From: Parvularia atlantis | Taxonomy: Eukaryota | Assembly: GCA_943704415.1 (NCBI GenBank) | Contig: CALSCO010001064.1 | Span: 1 to 59,338, forward strand | Direction of reading: 5' to 3' | Length of the DNA stretch: 59,338 nt | In this document: in pieces, positions 1-14,700 of the stretch | Layout: every line of letters starts with the position of its first letter | Numbering within the stretch: position 1 is the first letter of the stretch | Program-made: the position numbers and the translations under genes | The notes under the pieces: generated by a model | The model's database searches: none | What the model was told of the DNA's origin: nothing | Seen by the model: only the letters and a program-made list of their open reading frames with translations

Positions 1-147
1 CCCCCCGTCCGCGTTCAGCCACGGCACGCGCAACAGTGGCGCCAAGCAGCGCCAAGCAGCGCACCGCTCCGTCTCCATCGACTAGACCGTGTCACACAAC
101 TTTTGCGCGCCCAAACCTCGACTTTCGATGATAGCGTTTGGCGAGTG

Positions 148-2622
148 ATGGAGGGGTGAGCATGGCCGCGTGTCATGGATGTGGCGTTGACGTGGCGCGG
201 CGCACGGCGCACGGCGCAGCACGGCGTCGGCACAGCCGCGCAAGCGCACGGGCGCGCGTGCGGACGGAGGAGGCGATGGCGACGGCGACGGTGACGGCGA
301 CGGCGGGGCGGACGACGAGGACGCGCGGCGGAAGGCGCTGCTCGGTGACAGCGCGCCGTGGTCGCGCGAGGACCTGAGCAGCGCCGCGCTGCTGGTGCTG
401 CTGTGTGCGTGCTGTCGTGCGCGTGCGCGTGTGAGACGTGCGCGTGACAGTGTGCGCGCGGCAGACGTGATCCAGGGCATCCCGATGGGCCTCGTGTTTG
501 GCTCCGTGCCGATGCTGCTCAAGGGCCTCGCGCACGTCGACTACGCCGAGCTCGGCCTGTTCTCGCTCGCGAGCTACCCGTACAGCCTCAAGCTGCTGTG
601 GTCGCCACTGGTCGACTCGATCTACTGGCGCTCGTTCGGGCGGCGAAAGTCGTGGATCATCCCGATCCAGGTGATGTGCCGCACGTGAACGCGCCCGTGC
701 TCACCGCCGCCGCGCAGACCATCAGCGGCCTGCTCATGCTCTCGGTCGGGTGGCACATTGACGCGTGGCTCGCGTCCGAGGACCTCAACGTGGCGTGGCT
801 GACGACGATCTTTGTCGTCATCATGGTCCTCACGGCAACACAGGTGCGCGCGCCTGGCCTGGGCCGGCCTGCGCACACCGCGCGATGCTCACGGGCGGGC
901 GGGCGGCTGCGGCGCCGCGCAGGACGTCGCAGTCGACGGGTGGGCCATCTCGATGCTGTCGGAGGAGCACCGCGGCTTTGCGGCGACGTGCCAGACCGTC
1001 GGCCTCAACACGGGCTACTTTCTCGCCTTCACCGTCTTCCTCTCGTTCAACTCGGCCGAGTTCTGGTGCGCGCGCGGCGTCGCACGTGCCGCCGTGCTGA
1101 CCTGCGTGTGCACGTCCGCGTGCATCTGTGGCAGCAACTCGTACGTGCGCGGCCCGCTCGGCATACCGGAGCTGCCCGTCGGCTTCTTCCAGGTGCGCCG
1201 TCCGTGCGCCTGTGCGATCCCAGCCGCTCAGCTGCCGCGGTGCCAGCTCGGCGTGTTTGTGCAGTTTTGGGCCGTCGTCTACCTCGTCGTTACGCTGCTC
1301 ATCGCGGTGCTCAAGCGCGAGGCGCCTGAGCCGAGCGACGTGCCGCAGTCGACCGTGGCCGACGTGTATCGGCACGTGCGCGACGTCATGCGCCTGCCGA
1401 GTGCGTGCGCGCGCATGCATGCGTGCGCGTCCCGCGGCTGAGGCCACGCGCACACGCGCGCACAGACATGTTCCAGCTGATCTCGCTGCTGCTGCTGTGC
1501 AAAGTCGGCTTTGCGTGCTTTGACAACGTCTCGGCGATGAAGCTGCTCGACCGGGGCTACAAGAAGGAGAACCTCGCGCTGACGGTCTTGCTCGACTTTC
1601 CCTTCCAGCTCTTCATCGGCTACCATGTGCGTGCACTCACTCTCGATGTGCGCGACGTGCTGATGCGAGCGTGCGTGTGCACCAGGCGGCGCGGTACGCG
1701 CACGGGTCGAGCGCGCTCGCGCCGTGGCTGTGGGGCTACATCACGCGCATGGTCTTTGTCCTGCTCGGCGTCGTCGTCGTCGCGGCGTACCCAAACCCGG
1801 GCTCGGAGGACGTGCCGCTGTGGTGCGCAGAGCTGCGTCGACGGCCCTCGCACTGACGCGCGCACGACAGGTACCACGTGCTCGTCATCGCCAGCGCCCT
1901 GCTCACGTCGTGCATGCAAACGGTGATGTTTGTGTGCATCTCGGCCTACTTCTCGGTCATCAGCGACCCGGCCATCGGCGGCACGTACATGACGGTGCGC
2001 ACAGCTCATGCGCGGCTGCCGTCTGACACGGCCCCGCAGCTGCTAAACACGTTCAGCAACCTGGGCGGGACGTGGCCGCAGTACTTTGTGATGAAGGTGC
2101 GCGCCACCGGCTGGCTGGGCGTGAAGCGCCGCTGATCGCCCATGGCGCACCAGGCCGTCGACTACGCGACCACGGCGTGGTGCGTCCTCCCGCCGGCCGC
2201 GGACGGCGCCGCCCCTGCCGAGGCGCAGTCGTGCGTGCACCACCACGAGCGCGAGACGTGCACGCGCGCCGGCGGCGTGTGCAGGACCGAGATCGACGGG
2301 TGCGCGCACCAGCATCGCGGCCATCCATCTCACGCGCACACCGCATGGGCACACCGCACGCGCACGCAGCTTCTACATTGTCAGCATCGTCAGCGTCGTG
2401 CTCGGCACGGCCATCCTGCTGTACCTGCGGCGCGTCGTGCGCACGCTCGAGGCCCTGCCGCCATCGGCGTGGCGCGTGCATCGGGCCAAGGACGACGACC
2501 TCGGGCCGGTGCTGCCGCACGACCTGATTGGCAACGGCCACGCGGACGACTACGAGCGCGGCACCAAGCGAAACGGCGCCAGGCACGACGCAGAAGGCAG
2601 CGCACGCAAGAAGTTAGCATGA
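148..2622 (+). CDS. SLC33A1: Acetyl-CoA transporter (SLC33A1/AT-1-like MFS protein), multi-exon
   Basis: Spliced exons give LLVLLYVIQGIPMGLVFGSVP, LASYPYSLKLLWSPLVDS, FGRRKSWIIP, ATQDVAVDGWA, ISDPAIGGTYMT-LLNTFSNLGGTWP, all characteristic of AT-1. The start ATG at 148, followed by a GTGAG intron, is inferred. Stop TGA at 2620-2622. Confidence 0.93.
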
Positions 2623-2712
2623 GAGACCCTGCGCATGACGCTTAGATTTTAAAGCTGAGCAGCATCGCTGGCGACAGTTTCATACAGCAAGTGCACAAAC
2701 GTGGCAACAGCT

Positions 2713-5700
2713 TCACCGCAGCAGCTTCGACCACATAAAGTACGTGAGCGCGTTGACGATCGCGCCGACGTGCCGGTCCTCGAGCTCGCGCTGCGACGGA
2801 CCGCCGTTGGGGCGTGTGAGCCGCTCGCGCCGCACGGCGGCCAGAGTGAGCAGCCCGCCAGGCGGCTGTGCCCAGCGTCAGAAAGCCAGCAACGTGCACC
2901 GCACACGGGCGCACCACGCGCGCCTCGGGGGGCGGAGACGACCCGGGTGCCTGCGTCAGCGCCGCAAACTGCGACGACGGGAAGGCTTGGGCGGCGGGCG
3001 ACCCTGCAGCAGTCGCGGTCGCGGTCGGCGGCGCCTTGGACGGCAGCGTCAGCGTCGCCTCCACAAAGAGGTCCGGGCTCTGCTTGTTGAAGAACACTGC
3101 GCGACGCGTTCTAAGTGCAAACGCGCACATCTCTGTGCACACGCACCGACGATGGTCTTGTTGGGCAGCTCGCGGAACTCACGCGACGGCTGGAAGCGCT
3201 TGAGCAGGAAGTCAAGAGCCTCGTTGCACGGCCGCAGCGTCGCCAGGAACGGCCCGAGCGTCGGGTCGATCTGCTCAAACGCGCGCGAGCGGCACAGCGC
3301 CTTGAGGGTCTGATACTCGGCCAGCGACAGGCCGGCCTTGCCGACGCCCGACTGCCCTGCGTGCCGGATGCGCGTGCGCCATCGGTCAGCAGCGCGCCTT
3401 GCACCGCCCAGCCGGGCGCACCGGTCACGAGCCGGTTCCACTGCTGGTCGCGGTCGTAGTGCGCGCGCGCGTCGGCCATCATGCGCTCGAGGCTGCGCCG
3501 GGTCAGTCATCGGCACGGGCCAAGCGCGGCTCCGCAGACACACCGGTTCTGCGCGTTGGCCGTCACCTCGGCCAGCGTGATCTCGGCGGGGCGCGGGCTC
3601 GTCAGCGACGCGAGCGCCTGTCGCTGATGGGCTACCGACGTCAGCTGCGGGCGTGCGTCGGTCAGACCCGTGAGTGCGGTGCGCGTGCGCGTGGCGCACG
3701 CACGCACGCACCCCGGGGCGGCTCGGCGTGGTCAGCAGCGGGTAGATGTTGTCCAGGCTGACCATCGCCACGAAAAAGTGCAGCGCCAGGCTCTGGTCAA
3801 GGTCTGCCGTGCCCGCATTGCCCTCGGCCGCGCCGTCGTTGACATACGCGACGAGCAGGTACCGGTAGCCTGTGCTCACGCGTTGCACGGGTGAGAGAGT
3901 TTGCCCAGCGAGCTACGAGCGTCGCACCGTCGCTGTCACTGGCGTGCGGCGCACCCAACGAGTCGATCGAGTTGCTCGGGCTGAGGGAGCGCGGCGTGCC
4001 CGCGAGCTCGCCCAGGCGGAAGTCGGGCGTTTTGGACGACATAAAGAGCGCGACCTGCCGCGGCGAAGGCGTCAGCGGTTGCGCGCGGGGCACTCACGGC
4101 GAACGGCGCACGTTTACGTTGCGGTGCTTGAGCGGCTGGAACCCGTGTTGCGCCCCGCTCTTGATCATGTACGTCATCAGCATGGACGACGTTACCGAGC
4201 CGCGGTCGGCCATGGTCGCGACGCCGTCTGCGATGCGGTTGCGCGCATACCGCGCCGGCTCCTGGTTGTAGCGCACGAAAGCTGCGCCGCGGCGGAGCGC
4301 GTGAGCACCGCCAGCTGCCGCCACAGCCAAAAATCGCGCACCCTTCAGCACGTCCACAAAGTCGAGCGCCGATGACGGTGCGCCGCTGCTCGCCGCCAGG
4401 CTGACCATTGTCTTGTAGAGGTAGCGCAGGTGAAAGTCGTACGTGAACGACTTGACGTGCATAAAGTTCTTGAGCTTGGTGCTCTCCTCGTTGAACACCT
4501 GCGCATTGGGCACGGCGTCAAAAAAAATAAAACACGCTCGTACGGACCGTGCGTCAGCGCACCTTCATGTTGGACTCGCGCGAGTTGTTGTGCTTGTGCT
4601 GCTCGCGCTCCTCGGCCGTCTGCACGCTCGAGCGCGGGTGCAGCGCGTACATGTTCATGCTCACAAACATGCCCTCGAGCGTCATCTCGATCAGCAACAC
4701 GCCCGCCTTGAACCCCTGCGAGCGCGCCCGGAGCGATCAGCGGCCCGCTCGACGCACCCTCCCACACACCCGCAACCTTGGCCAGGTACGCAGACGGCGC
4801 CACCGTCGACACCGTGTCCGACACCACAAACGGCGAGAGCGAGTCGCTCGTCGGCGTCGTCAGCACGTCCACCAGCCCGATCGAGTTCAGGTACCCGATG
4901 TACTCACGCTGGAACGTCTGCAGCCGGCCGCCCAGTAAGACGCGTGCGGCACAGGCACGCATTCACGTGTGCACGCACCGCCAGCATCTCGTCAAACCAC
5001 TGCTGCAGCACGTCGTCCTCGGTCGCGCGCACGGTGACCGTGCTCGACACCGTTGGCACCATCGACGCGCTCCCGCCGAGCGACGCACTCGACGTGGACG
5101 GGCTGAGCGCAGCAGGCGTCGGCGCCCTGTTGCGGCACATCGGTCAGCGTCCCTGCCACGCTGTGCTTGCAGGGAAGCAAACGCACCCGGACGCGTCGCC
5201 GCCACCACCGCCACCACCGCCTCCGGCGCGCGGCATCCTGACCTTGCCGTCGCCCGCCAGGGCCTGCGCAGCCCGCATGGGCGCCCCGTCGCACGCAGTC
5301 ACCGATACGCACGTTTGAGAGCGCCGGTCCGGAAGGCACCGCCGCCGCCGCCGACGAGGCGACCACGACCGCCGCTTCGGCCGCGTCCATCTTGGTGACC
5401 GAGTTGGACCGGTGGAACGACGGCAACGTGCAGATGTACGAGTTGCCGCTGCGGATGAAGACCGAGTCGCGCAGCTTCGAGAACAGCAGCGGGCTCCGCG
5501 CGGTGTGGATGAGGCGGCCGCAGCGCAGCAGCACCGCCAGGTCGCTCGTCTGCACCTTGTCCTTCTCCGTCGCGGTCCAGCGGTTGTACACGATCTGTGC
5601 GCACGCCCTACATCAGCGCCGGTGCACATGGCCAGCGCACGACGACACGACCTGGTAAACCTCCTCGCTCCGTGCCGCCTCGATCTCCTGCAGGCGCACC

Positions 5701-8700
5701 TCGCGCAGCTGCAAGCCGTGGCGCGCGACCAGGTCCGGCATGCGTGCGTACGGCGCCACGTGCATCGGCACCTTGGGGTAGCCGTCGCGCAGCACCTGTG
5801 CTCACGCGCGGTGAGAGGCGTGCGCATGTGCGCCCGACGCAAGCACAGCCGCACCACACGCAGGTCGGCCAGGCGACGGCGTCGATGCCGCTTGAGCTCG
5901 CGGTCCAGTCGCCGGTCGCGCTCGCGGTCGGACGCCGCGGTGGCCGCGGCGCTGCTCGGCGTCGTCGGCTGCTGCGGCTGCTGCGTGCTCATGACCGACG
6001 CCGTGACCGATGGCGGCATGCGGAATAGCCGTCGCTGGTGCACCTCGTTCGCCCGCTGCTGTGCTGCAGCAGCCACGTCGCCGGGCCCGGTCGAGTCGCT
6101 GCGCCTGCTTAGTCCGCTCAGTGACTCGCGATCCTTGTCGACCGCGCCCGTCGTGGCACCCAGCACCGACGACGACGACCCTGACGACGGCACCGTCGGT
6201 CGCAGCGTTCGCGCCGGAAAAGGGTTGTGCAGGATGTTGTCGAGCGTCTCGGGTCGCAACCGGCTCTGCTGCGCGCTCGTCTGGCCCACTGCATCGCTGC
6301 TCGCGGCACGCGGTGTCTGCGCCATGGGCGACCCAGCAGCGCCCGGGCTACCGGCGCTGGCAACGCCGCTGCCGGCCGCGCTGCCCGTCGCGCCGCCTGT
6401 GCCCGCGCCGCTCGACGCGCCCGCGGCTGTCCCGCTGCCGCTGATGACGACCGCAACGCCGGGCCCAACTGCCGTCGCGACGGACGTGGCGGTGACCTGC
6501 GCGGTCACGCAGTCCAGCAAAAAAAATTGACACGGCACAACAAGGCCGCACCTTGGGCTTGAACATGAGCGCGATCGGCGCGGGCTCAGCAGGCGCGTGC
6601 AAAAACAGGCCCATCTTCTGGTGGAAGATCGACTCGAGCAGGTACACGCGCAGGTTGACCCAGCTCAGCTGCGCGGCGCACGGCGTTGGCGACAACGCGG
6701 CAAAGTCCCAGTAGGCACCGCACCACTTTCTGCAGCCCTAGCGCGAGCTGGTCCATCAGCAGGCGGTTGACGTTGTACAGCGTGAAGCCGAGCTGGTGCA
6801 CGCTCACGTCGACCATGACGAAGCAGCTGCGCTGGACGGTCATCTGCCCCGAAGAAGCAGTCAGGCGGAGCGCGCAGTCAGCCCAGCAGCGACGTACCTT
6901 GGCGTCGGCCGAGGCGACAAAGTCCGGGAAGAGCAGCACGTCGGTCGTGGGGCGCGTCGCCGTGACGTTGGACACGGACGACCGGCGCGACATCGAGCTC
7001 AGGTCGAGCGGCTCATCGATCATCGTGCGTTGCTGCTGCTGCGCACGCGCGCACCCGCAGCATGTCAGGACGGCGTCGCAGCCACTACCGTGCGCGGCGC
7101 ACCTCGGCACGGCGCGCGTGCGACATGAGCCTCCCGGACAGCGTCGACGCAAAGTCGGCCTCGGCCTGGTCGCCCTCCGGGTTCGCGCACAGCCCGTACG
7201 ACGACCCAAGCGAATCCAAGCCAAAAAGGATCATGTTTGTGCTGCGCGTGCGCGGCCGCGGTCAAGACAGCTCTGTGCACGCGTACGCGGTCGCGCACCT
7301 GTTGGACTGCGGTGTCAATACGGGCGCAACCGGTGCAGTACCTCCCGCTGTCGCATCCGCCGCTCCCGGCGCAGAGGCATCGGCTGCGGCCGCGCTCGTA
7401 AAGTGCCGCTGGGGGTGCGCCAGCCGCCAGGACGCGTCGCCCAGACACTTGAGCACGAGCGACGAGAACGCGCCGTGTACCTCGCGCAGCGAGTCGCGCA
7501 GCTCGCAGATCAGGTCGTCGTGCATCCACCGCGGCACCTTGAGCCGCAGCCACTGGCGCTCGACACTCGGCGTGCCCAGGCGCATCGACCCGTCCAGCAC
7601 CGCGCGGCACGGCATCACAAACTCGTGCACCAGCGCGCTCGCCTTTGTCCTGCCGCCCCGATCCGCGCCAGTCAGCTCGTGCGGCGCCAGTCGCTCCGCA
7701 GTGGACACACCCGTCCTCGTCTTCGTACGCCACTGGCGGCACGGCCGGGGTGCTTGCGCGCCGACTCAGCGAAGGGGAGGTCAGCCGCGACCCGCTCTCG
7801 CGCGATGGCGGCTCGCGCGACATGCCCGCGTCCTCGTCGTACACCGGCGTCGTGAGCTGGACGCGCGCGCGCGCGTGTGGGCGAACGGGCACGTGTCGTC
7901 AGCCGTCACACGCACTCGCTCCACGAGCAGATCAGCGGCGCTCTGCTTGACCGAAAGGAACACGCGATCGGCGAGCACGTCGGCGTTGACGGTGCCGCGC
8001 ATCCATACGTCCACGCGCAGCCGGTACGTTGACGGCGCGGCGGCCAGCGCGCGGTCGTCCTCCAGCAGGCGCATCGTCTCGACGACAGCCTGCGTTGGGC
8101 GTCAGTTCCAGCTTCAAACGATCACACGCACACACCTGCGCTCGTGCCGCACGCGACAGCTTGACCGACGGGGTGGCGTCAGACGGGAACGACAGGCGGA
8201 CCTGGCCCTGCGCATCGACCACGTTTACCGACACCAGCGCGATGCCCTGTGGGGGCACACGGGTGAGCCGCTGCCTCCGCGGCCGCACGCGCGATCGCAC
8301 CTGGCCCACGGCGGCCTCCACCACGCTCGGCGTGCGCGTCTGCACGCTCACATACGTGAACACAAACTGGCGACGCAGCCGGTCAGTACGGGCGATGGGG
8401 CGGTCGGCGGAGTACGCACCTCGCCCGGCTGCAGCACCGCCAGCTCGTCCGACGCGCCGTTTGTTGGCGCGCGCACAAAGCGCCGCGCGACTGTTTCGCC
8501 GTCGAGCGTCGTCGCCAGCACGTGCAAGAACTTCTGCCGTGTCAGCCAGCGGCAACGCCAGCTATAGAGCGCGCACCTGCGTCAGGTTCTGCTTGAGGTA
8601 GAGCAGGAACAGGTGCGGGTCGCCCGCGAGGCTGTCTGGCAGCGGCAGGAAGCGTTGCACGGTCGCAGGCTGCCCGTCGGGCTGCACAAAGTCCACATCG

Positions 8701-11700
8701 GCCGGCGTGAGCTTGAGCGTGGCGTTGCGCACCTGGCATCGCGCGGCCGTCAGACACGCGCACACGAGCAGGCCGGTGCGCGCGCACCAGGAGGGTCGAC
8801 AGCGCGTCCAGCGTGTGCTTCGCCAGCTTGCTCTCGATCAGCTGCACAAACTGACCCGTTATCTCCTCGCCCGGCCGCTCGAGACCGTACACGTCCAGGC
8901 GGATCTCGGCTGACTTTGCGACGGCCTAGCGGGCGCCCATTGGCGGGTGAGCACGTGCCGCCGCTCGTGCTTGCACGCTGCACACACCTCCTTCTCCTCG
9001 GGCGCGGGCGCGGGCTGCTCGACCACCGACATGGTCATGTAGAACACGGGCCCGTCGCGGCTGCGGTAGACAAACATGTTGCTGCGGTTCGTCACCGCAA
9101 AGCCTTGCAGCTGCAGCAGACACGTCAGAACCTTGGTGCACACGAGCGGCCCGTCGCGCACCTGCGAGCTCACGAAGCGCATGGCCTGCATGGCCTGGAG
9201 GCGCCACGACACGGGGAAGACCGTGCTGAACACGCACTCGCACTCAAACTGGCCGGGAGTGAACTGGTCCGTCTGCGCGTCATCACCTTTGCGGACGCGG
9301 GTGCGTGAGCCGCCTTGTCGGCCCGCACGCAGCCTGATCGCGCACCGTCCTCGTCCGGCGAATGCTCGCTACGGCTGTCGGCCGGTGTCGGCGCGTCCAC
9401 GGCGACGTTGAGCAGCGACGTGCAGCGGTGCGTCTCAAACAACTGGCCGGAGCGTCAGCACCTGCATGACAGCAGCCGCACGCGCCGCACCTTGTGCAGC
9501 AGCAGCGTGCGGTTGACGCGCAGGACGAGCTGGTCGAACGCAACTGTGACGCTCTCGAGCACATTGCGCTGCTGCCCTTCGCTGAGCCACGCGCCGAAAA
9601 AGTACAGCTGCGGAGCACACCGTCAGCAAGGCGCAGGCGCGGCCGCGTGCAGTCTACGCACCTGCATGCGCCCCTGATGCACCTCGAGGGTCAGCCAGAA
9701 CGGGGGAAGGCCGCGTGGCTGCGCGTCCTCGGTCTTTCGGTTCGCAGCGCAGCATCAGCGCGCATTCCGCTTGGTAGGGCCGCGCAACGAACCGTGCCAT
9801 CCAGCGGCGCATCGTACGCCGTCAGCGCGCGCGGGCCCTCGCACGCGTAGACGATGTCGTCGTGCCGCATGAAGCGCAGCGGCAGCGGCACGGCCGCAGA
9901 CGTGATCAGGTCGACAAACAGCGCGCCACCCTTGCCCGCCGCACAAAGTCAGCACAAGTGGCACGCATGCGCGCGGGCGCCGTGCACACCTTGGTGGCGT
10001 AGACAAAGTGCAGGTTGCGCGCAATGTGCGTGACCCAGCGCGACGCTGCGGCGTGGTGTCTCAGCTGCTCATGCACGTGCTTGACCGTGGCGTCGTTCGG
10101 CGCGCTCAGCGACAGCAGCATCGACAGCATCTCGCGCGCTAGCAGCCGCTGCACGCGCTCGCTGTTGCGCGAGCGCGCGCGCGGCATGAGCACCAGCGTG
10201 CATGTGCACACACACGTCAGCGCACCCCGTCGCCAGCAGTGCATCCCGCTGCCCGTCCGTCAGCGCCTGCAGCGGATCGGCAGCGGGCGGGGGCAGCGAC
10301 ACGCGGTAGCTAAAGCCAAACTGTGGCTCAATCGGCGGCGACCCGAACGGCGTGTCCTAGCGGCAGCACGTCAGCGCCAGCGCGTGCGTGCAGGGCAGCA
10401 GCACACCTCGGCCGTCTCGTAGTGCCGTGCGATGTCAAAGTACGACTGCATGCCATACATCTTGTCCTTCGTGGTGTTCTCCACGCGCTGGTAGGCTGCG
10501 GGAGCGCACCTTCTATCAGCCCAGACCCCGCGCGCGCCGTTGCACCCAACGCACGCGCGAGGATGAACGCGACCAGCCGCAGCCGCGCCTGCGTGCCGCC
10601 CGCCGGCAGGAACGGCGCGGGCAGTGCGCGAATCGAGGGCGAGGCAAAGTCGATCTCAGGGCTGTCGTCTGGCGCGGAGCACGGCTCAGCGCGGACGGCG
10701 ACTTTGATGTGCACAACCGAATGCACCCTTGTCGCGCCTGTGGCTGCGGAACGACAGCGGGACCGTGTCGACCGAGAAGCACGCGTACGACGACTCGGTG
10801 TCATTCGGGTCGCTCATCTCCTTCATCGGCTTGGTGAACGTGACCTCGAGCCTTGAGCGTGCGCCGCGCCTCGTCAGCATTGACGCACACCCCGCCGCGG
10901 CCGCGCGCTCCGCACCGCAGGAACATTGGGTACTCGCTCGCCTCGATCAGCTCGAGATGTGACAGCTCGCGGCGCGGCAGGGAGCCCGACGAGCCGCTGG
11001 CAGCATCGTCCGTCTGCGCGTATCGTGTAATGGTAGCCCTGCCGCGCCGACACGCACTGCTGCGCACCTGCGACGTCGTCGAGGTCGAGTCGAGCGCCGT
11101 CAGGCCGGCCCCGCCCGCGACCGACGTGCTCCGCGCGTTCGGGAAGTACGAGAAGCACAGGAAGAGGCGGTCGTGCATGTCGACCTCGACGATCGGCACA
11201 AAGCTGCGCGCCGTGCGTCAGGCACGGGGCCGGGCGCAGCTCACGGCGCACCTCTGGTTGAGCACCGAGCGGAACGACGAGGCGACGGCGTCGCGGTTGG
11301 GCGGGTTAAAGTGGTCGCCCAGCAGGCCCATCCGGCCCAGCGTCGCCACGTTGAGCATGTGCGTCAGGTCGACCTCGACGGCGCTCTCGTGGCACAGGTC
11401 GAGAGCCAGCCGCAGGTCGCTCTGCGAGACCTGTCGTCGCCGCCGCCGCCGCCTCGGAAGTCAGCGTCATGCGCCACAGCAGTGCAACGGCACGCACCGC
11501 CTGGCGCTGCAGCGTAGCCGCATACACGCCGCGCACAAAGCATGCCTCGTGCACCTGGCGGACCATGCGGATGAAGCGCTGTGCCCTGCAGCATGAGCCA
11601 CGGCCGGCGCACATCAAGGGCAGCAGTAGCGCACCCGGCTGAACGACGACAGCTCCACAAGCGGCTCATCGGCCGCGGCGCTCGACGCCGTTGCTGCATC

Positions 11701-14700
11701 CTCGTGCGCATCATCATCACCATCGTCGTCGTCGTCGTCGTCGCCACCGGCTCCTGCACGCCGGTGCAGCGTCGACGACAGCGACGAGGACCCTGCGCCG
11801 ACGTCAGCATCCGCTTGCACCTCTCCTCGACCCGCAGCGCACCGCGCGACGTGATCGAGCTCGGCCGCGACGATGCCGCGCTCGCCGAGACAGACTCGTC
11901 CGTCCGCCCGCCCGCTGACGACGGTACCGGCCGCTCCGTCGTGATGGCGTGGATCTGATGTCGGTAGCTGCGGTGCGCGCCGTCAGAGCGCGATCGGCAC
12001 AGTAGGCGTGCACCAGTCGAAGACAAAGACCGATAGCGCCGGCGCAAACGGCGTGCCGCGCAAGCCGCGCCCGACCGAGCTCGCCACGGGCATGGCCTGC
12101 AGGCTGGTGGACGGCGTGATGGGCGCGCTGGCGGTGTCGGCGCCGCCTGCGCGCAGCCGGTGAGACAATAGGCACACCACGGTCGACGCACCGTCGCTCT
12201 GCATGTATTGCTGGAGCAGGTTGGTGTAGGTCGGCAGCAGCACGAGCAGGAACGACTCGTCGTCGTGCAGGAGGACGTAGCACTTGCAGTCCTTGAGCCG
12301 CGTCGCGAACAGCGTCTCCGGGTGCGCGAGGGCGCCGCGCGGCGACACACGCAGGCTAAAGCTGTGGCTCGCGACACCGCCCGCACTGCCCGCCGCTGCG
12401 CCGCCGCGCGGTTCCGTCGCGCTGCGGGGCTGCGACTTGTCCTGCGGCGGGCGGAACGTGTCCATGCGGCGCAGGATCGCGTGCAGGGCTTGCTCCGTGA
12501 CCCGCCCGGCCATGCGCTGCAGCGAAATCTCGCAGTGCGTGCGCGTCTGGATGCTCTTCTCCAGGAACGCGCACAGGACCAGGTTGGCCTGGTGGTGCGG
12601 CGACAGCTGCCCGATGGTGCCGAGGCGGATGTGCGGCTGCGTGCACGAGCGTGAGCCGCGTCCGCGCAGCGTGTGCAGCTTGGCACACCGCGCGGCTGTC
12701 GGCCATGTCGTCCGCCACCTGCGAGAACATCGGCGTGCCCAGCGTGAGCGGCGATGACTTGGAGCTCGAGATGGCCGAGGCACCGATGAGCGGCGTGGTT
12801 GTTGACGACACCACTGCGGCACACGCGCGTGTGAGCACGGCATGGCGCGAAGTGCGGTCGCGCACCGTTGCTGCTGCCGAGCGTCGACGCGCCCGCGCCC
12901 AGGCCCGCGCTCAAGCCCGCGCCGGCAGTCGCGGCTTGCTCGGCGATGAGCTTGAAGCTGTCGTACACGCAGCGGTGCAGCGGCAGGAGCACGGCGATGT
13001 CGACCAGGGTCGCGGGCACGCGCTCCATCGAGGCGCCCCGCGTGCGCGCGAGCAGGTGCAGGTAGTCGAATGAGTACAGCTCGCGCACGATGCGGCGGTC
13101 CTGTGCGGCACGTCAGACGTCTGCGCACGGACGCAGCGCAACTGCACCTCGGCGATCAGCGTCTCGCGCAGCGCCCGGCTCAGGTCGGCCACGGCGGCGC
13201 TCACCTGCGGCTCGACCCATAGCTCAACTGTGAGCGTCTGGCGACATTGGCGCGCAATCAGCACCAGGTGCCTGCGCGGCGCGCTCAGGCAGCGCACTTG
13301 CTGAAGCAGGTCCACGGCCAGGACGTACTGCGCCGACATGACGGCCACGGCGCGGCGCTCACGCGCACTGGGCCATGCGGCGCGCACTGCGGTTTCTGCC
13401 GTCAGCCCCACAGCGACACCGCAAGTCTGCACACGCACGGCTGTCGGCGATGGACGTGGCGACGACAAACTCACGGTAGAAGACGATGCGCTCGGCCTCG
13501 GGGTCGGTGACCTTGGCGTCGCCGAGAGCGTCAGGGAAGTCGCTCGCTGCTGTCGGTGCGCACCTCCACGAAGCCCTGCTCGAGCCGCTTGGCGCGGAGC
13601 AGGCGTAGCGCGAGCGAGACCACTGACATCTTGCCCTGCATGTCGGCGTGAGACCAGCTGCAAAAAACGGCCGCGAGGGCACCACTCGCACCGGCAGCGT
13701 CAGCAGCGCCATGTCAATGTTGCCGAAGAACGACCACGTCGTCTGCGCGTGTGTGAGCGCTCACAGTCACGCCGCACGTGCACAGCGGAGCGCACCTTGC
13801 GAAGGTACTGCTCCGCGATCAAGCTCGCCGCGTCGCGCCCGGCCACGCCGACGTAGCCGACCACGAGACGCAGCCCGCTCGAGCTGCTGCCGTTGCCCGT
13901 CGCATGCGTTGTGCGGCTGAGGTCAACCAGGAAGTGCGTCACGGGCTGTGTGCCACACAGACGCGTCAGACAGAACGCGCGATGCGACGGCCGTGCTAGC
14001 GAGACCTTGGTGCAGGTAATGACCAGGTCGCTGATCGTGTCAAGCGCCAGCCGCAGCTCGAGAATCACCTGCGCGCAGCAAGGCCCGCGGTCAGACGCGC
14101 AAGCGCCGGCCCGCACAGGCACGCACGCGCTGCTTGGCGACCACGTCGGCGCGGAAGAAGGCCAGCCGCGCAGACATGAGCGACTCGACGGCCGACGACG
14201 TGAGCAGGACCAAGCAAAAGGCGCTGGGCCGCTCGCTGGCGGCGTCCTCGCTGTGCGCGCGCGGGTCAGCCGCGCACACCGGGCGCGGCCAGCTCGGCGC
14301 ACAAGATGAACTTGACAAAGATGTTCTTGGCCAGCACAAACGTCGACCACGACTTGAAGAAGGCGACGAGCTTGTCGCGCGCCACGCGACGCAGTCCGCC
14401 CTGCGCCTGCCACAAAAAGTGTCACTTACACAGGCGTGGCCACGGCCAGCCAAACAGCTCACCGGAGCAGCGTCCATCACGGCCGGCTTTGTTCGCTCGT
14501 CCGCGCGCGCCGAGCGCAGGACAAAGTGCTTGACCTCCTCGTCGAACCAGCGCGACAGCTTGTGGCCGAGCATCGAGGCGATCGTCTGCCAGTACGTCAC
14601 GAACGCCTGCGGCACCCGCGCGTCAGCAGACGCCCCGTGCACGCGCGCACGAATGGCCGCGCCACCATGTCGTTGCGCTGCGAGCGGTCGGCCGGGAACA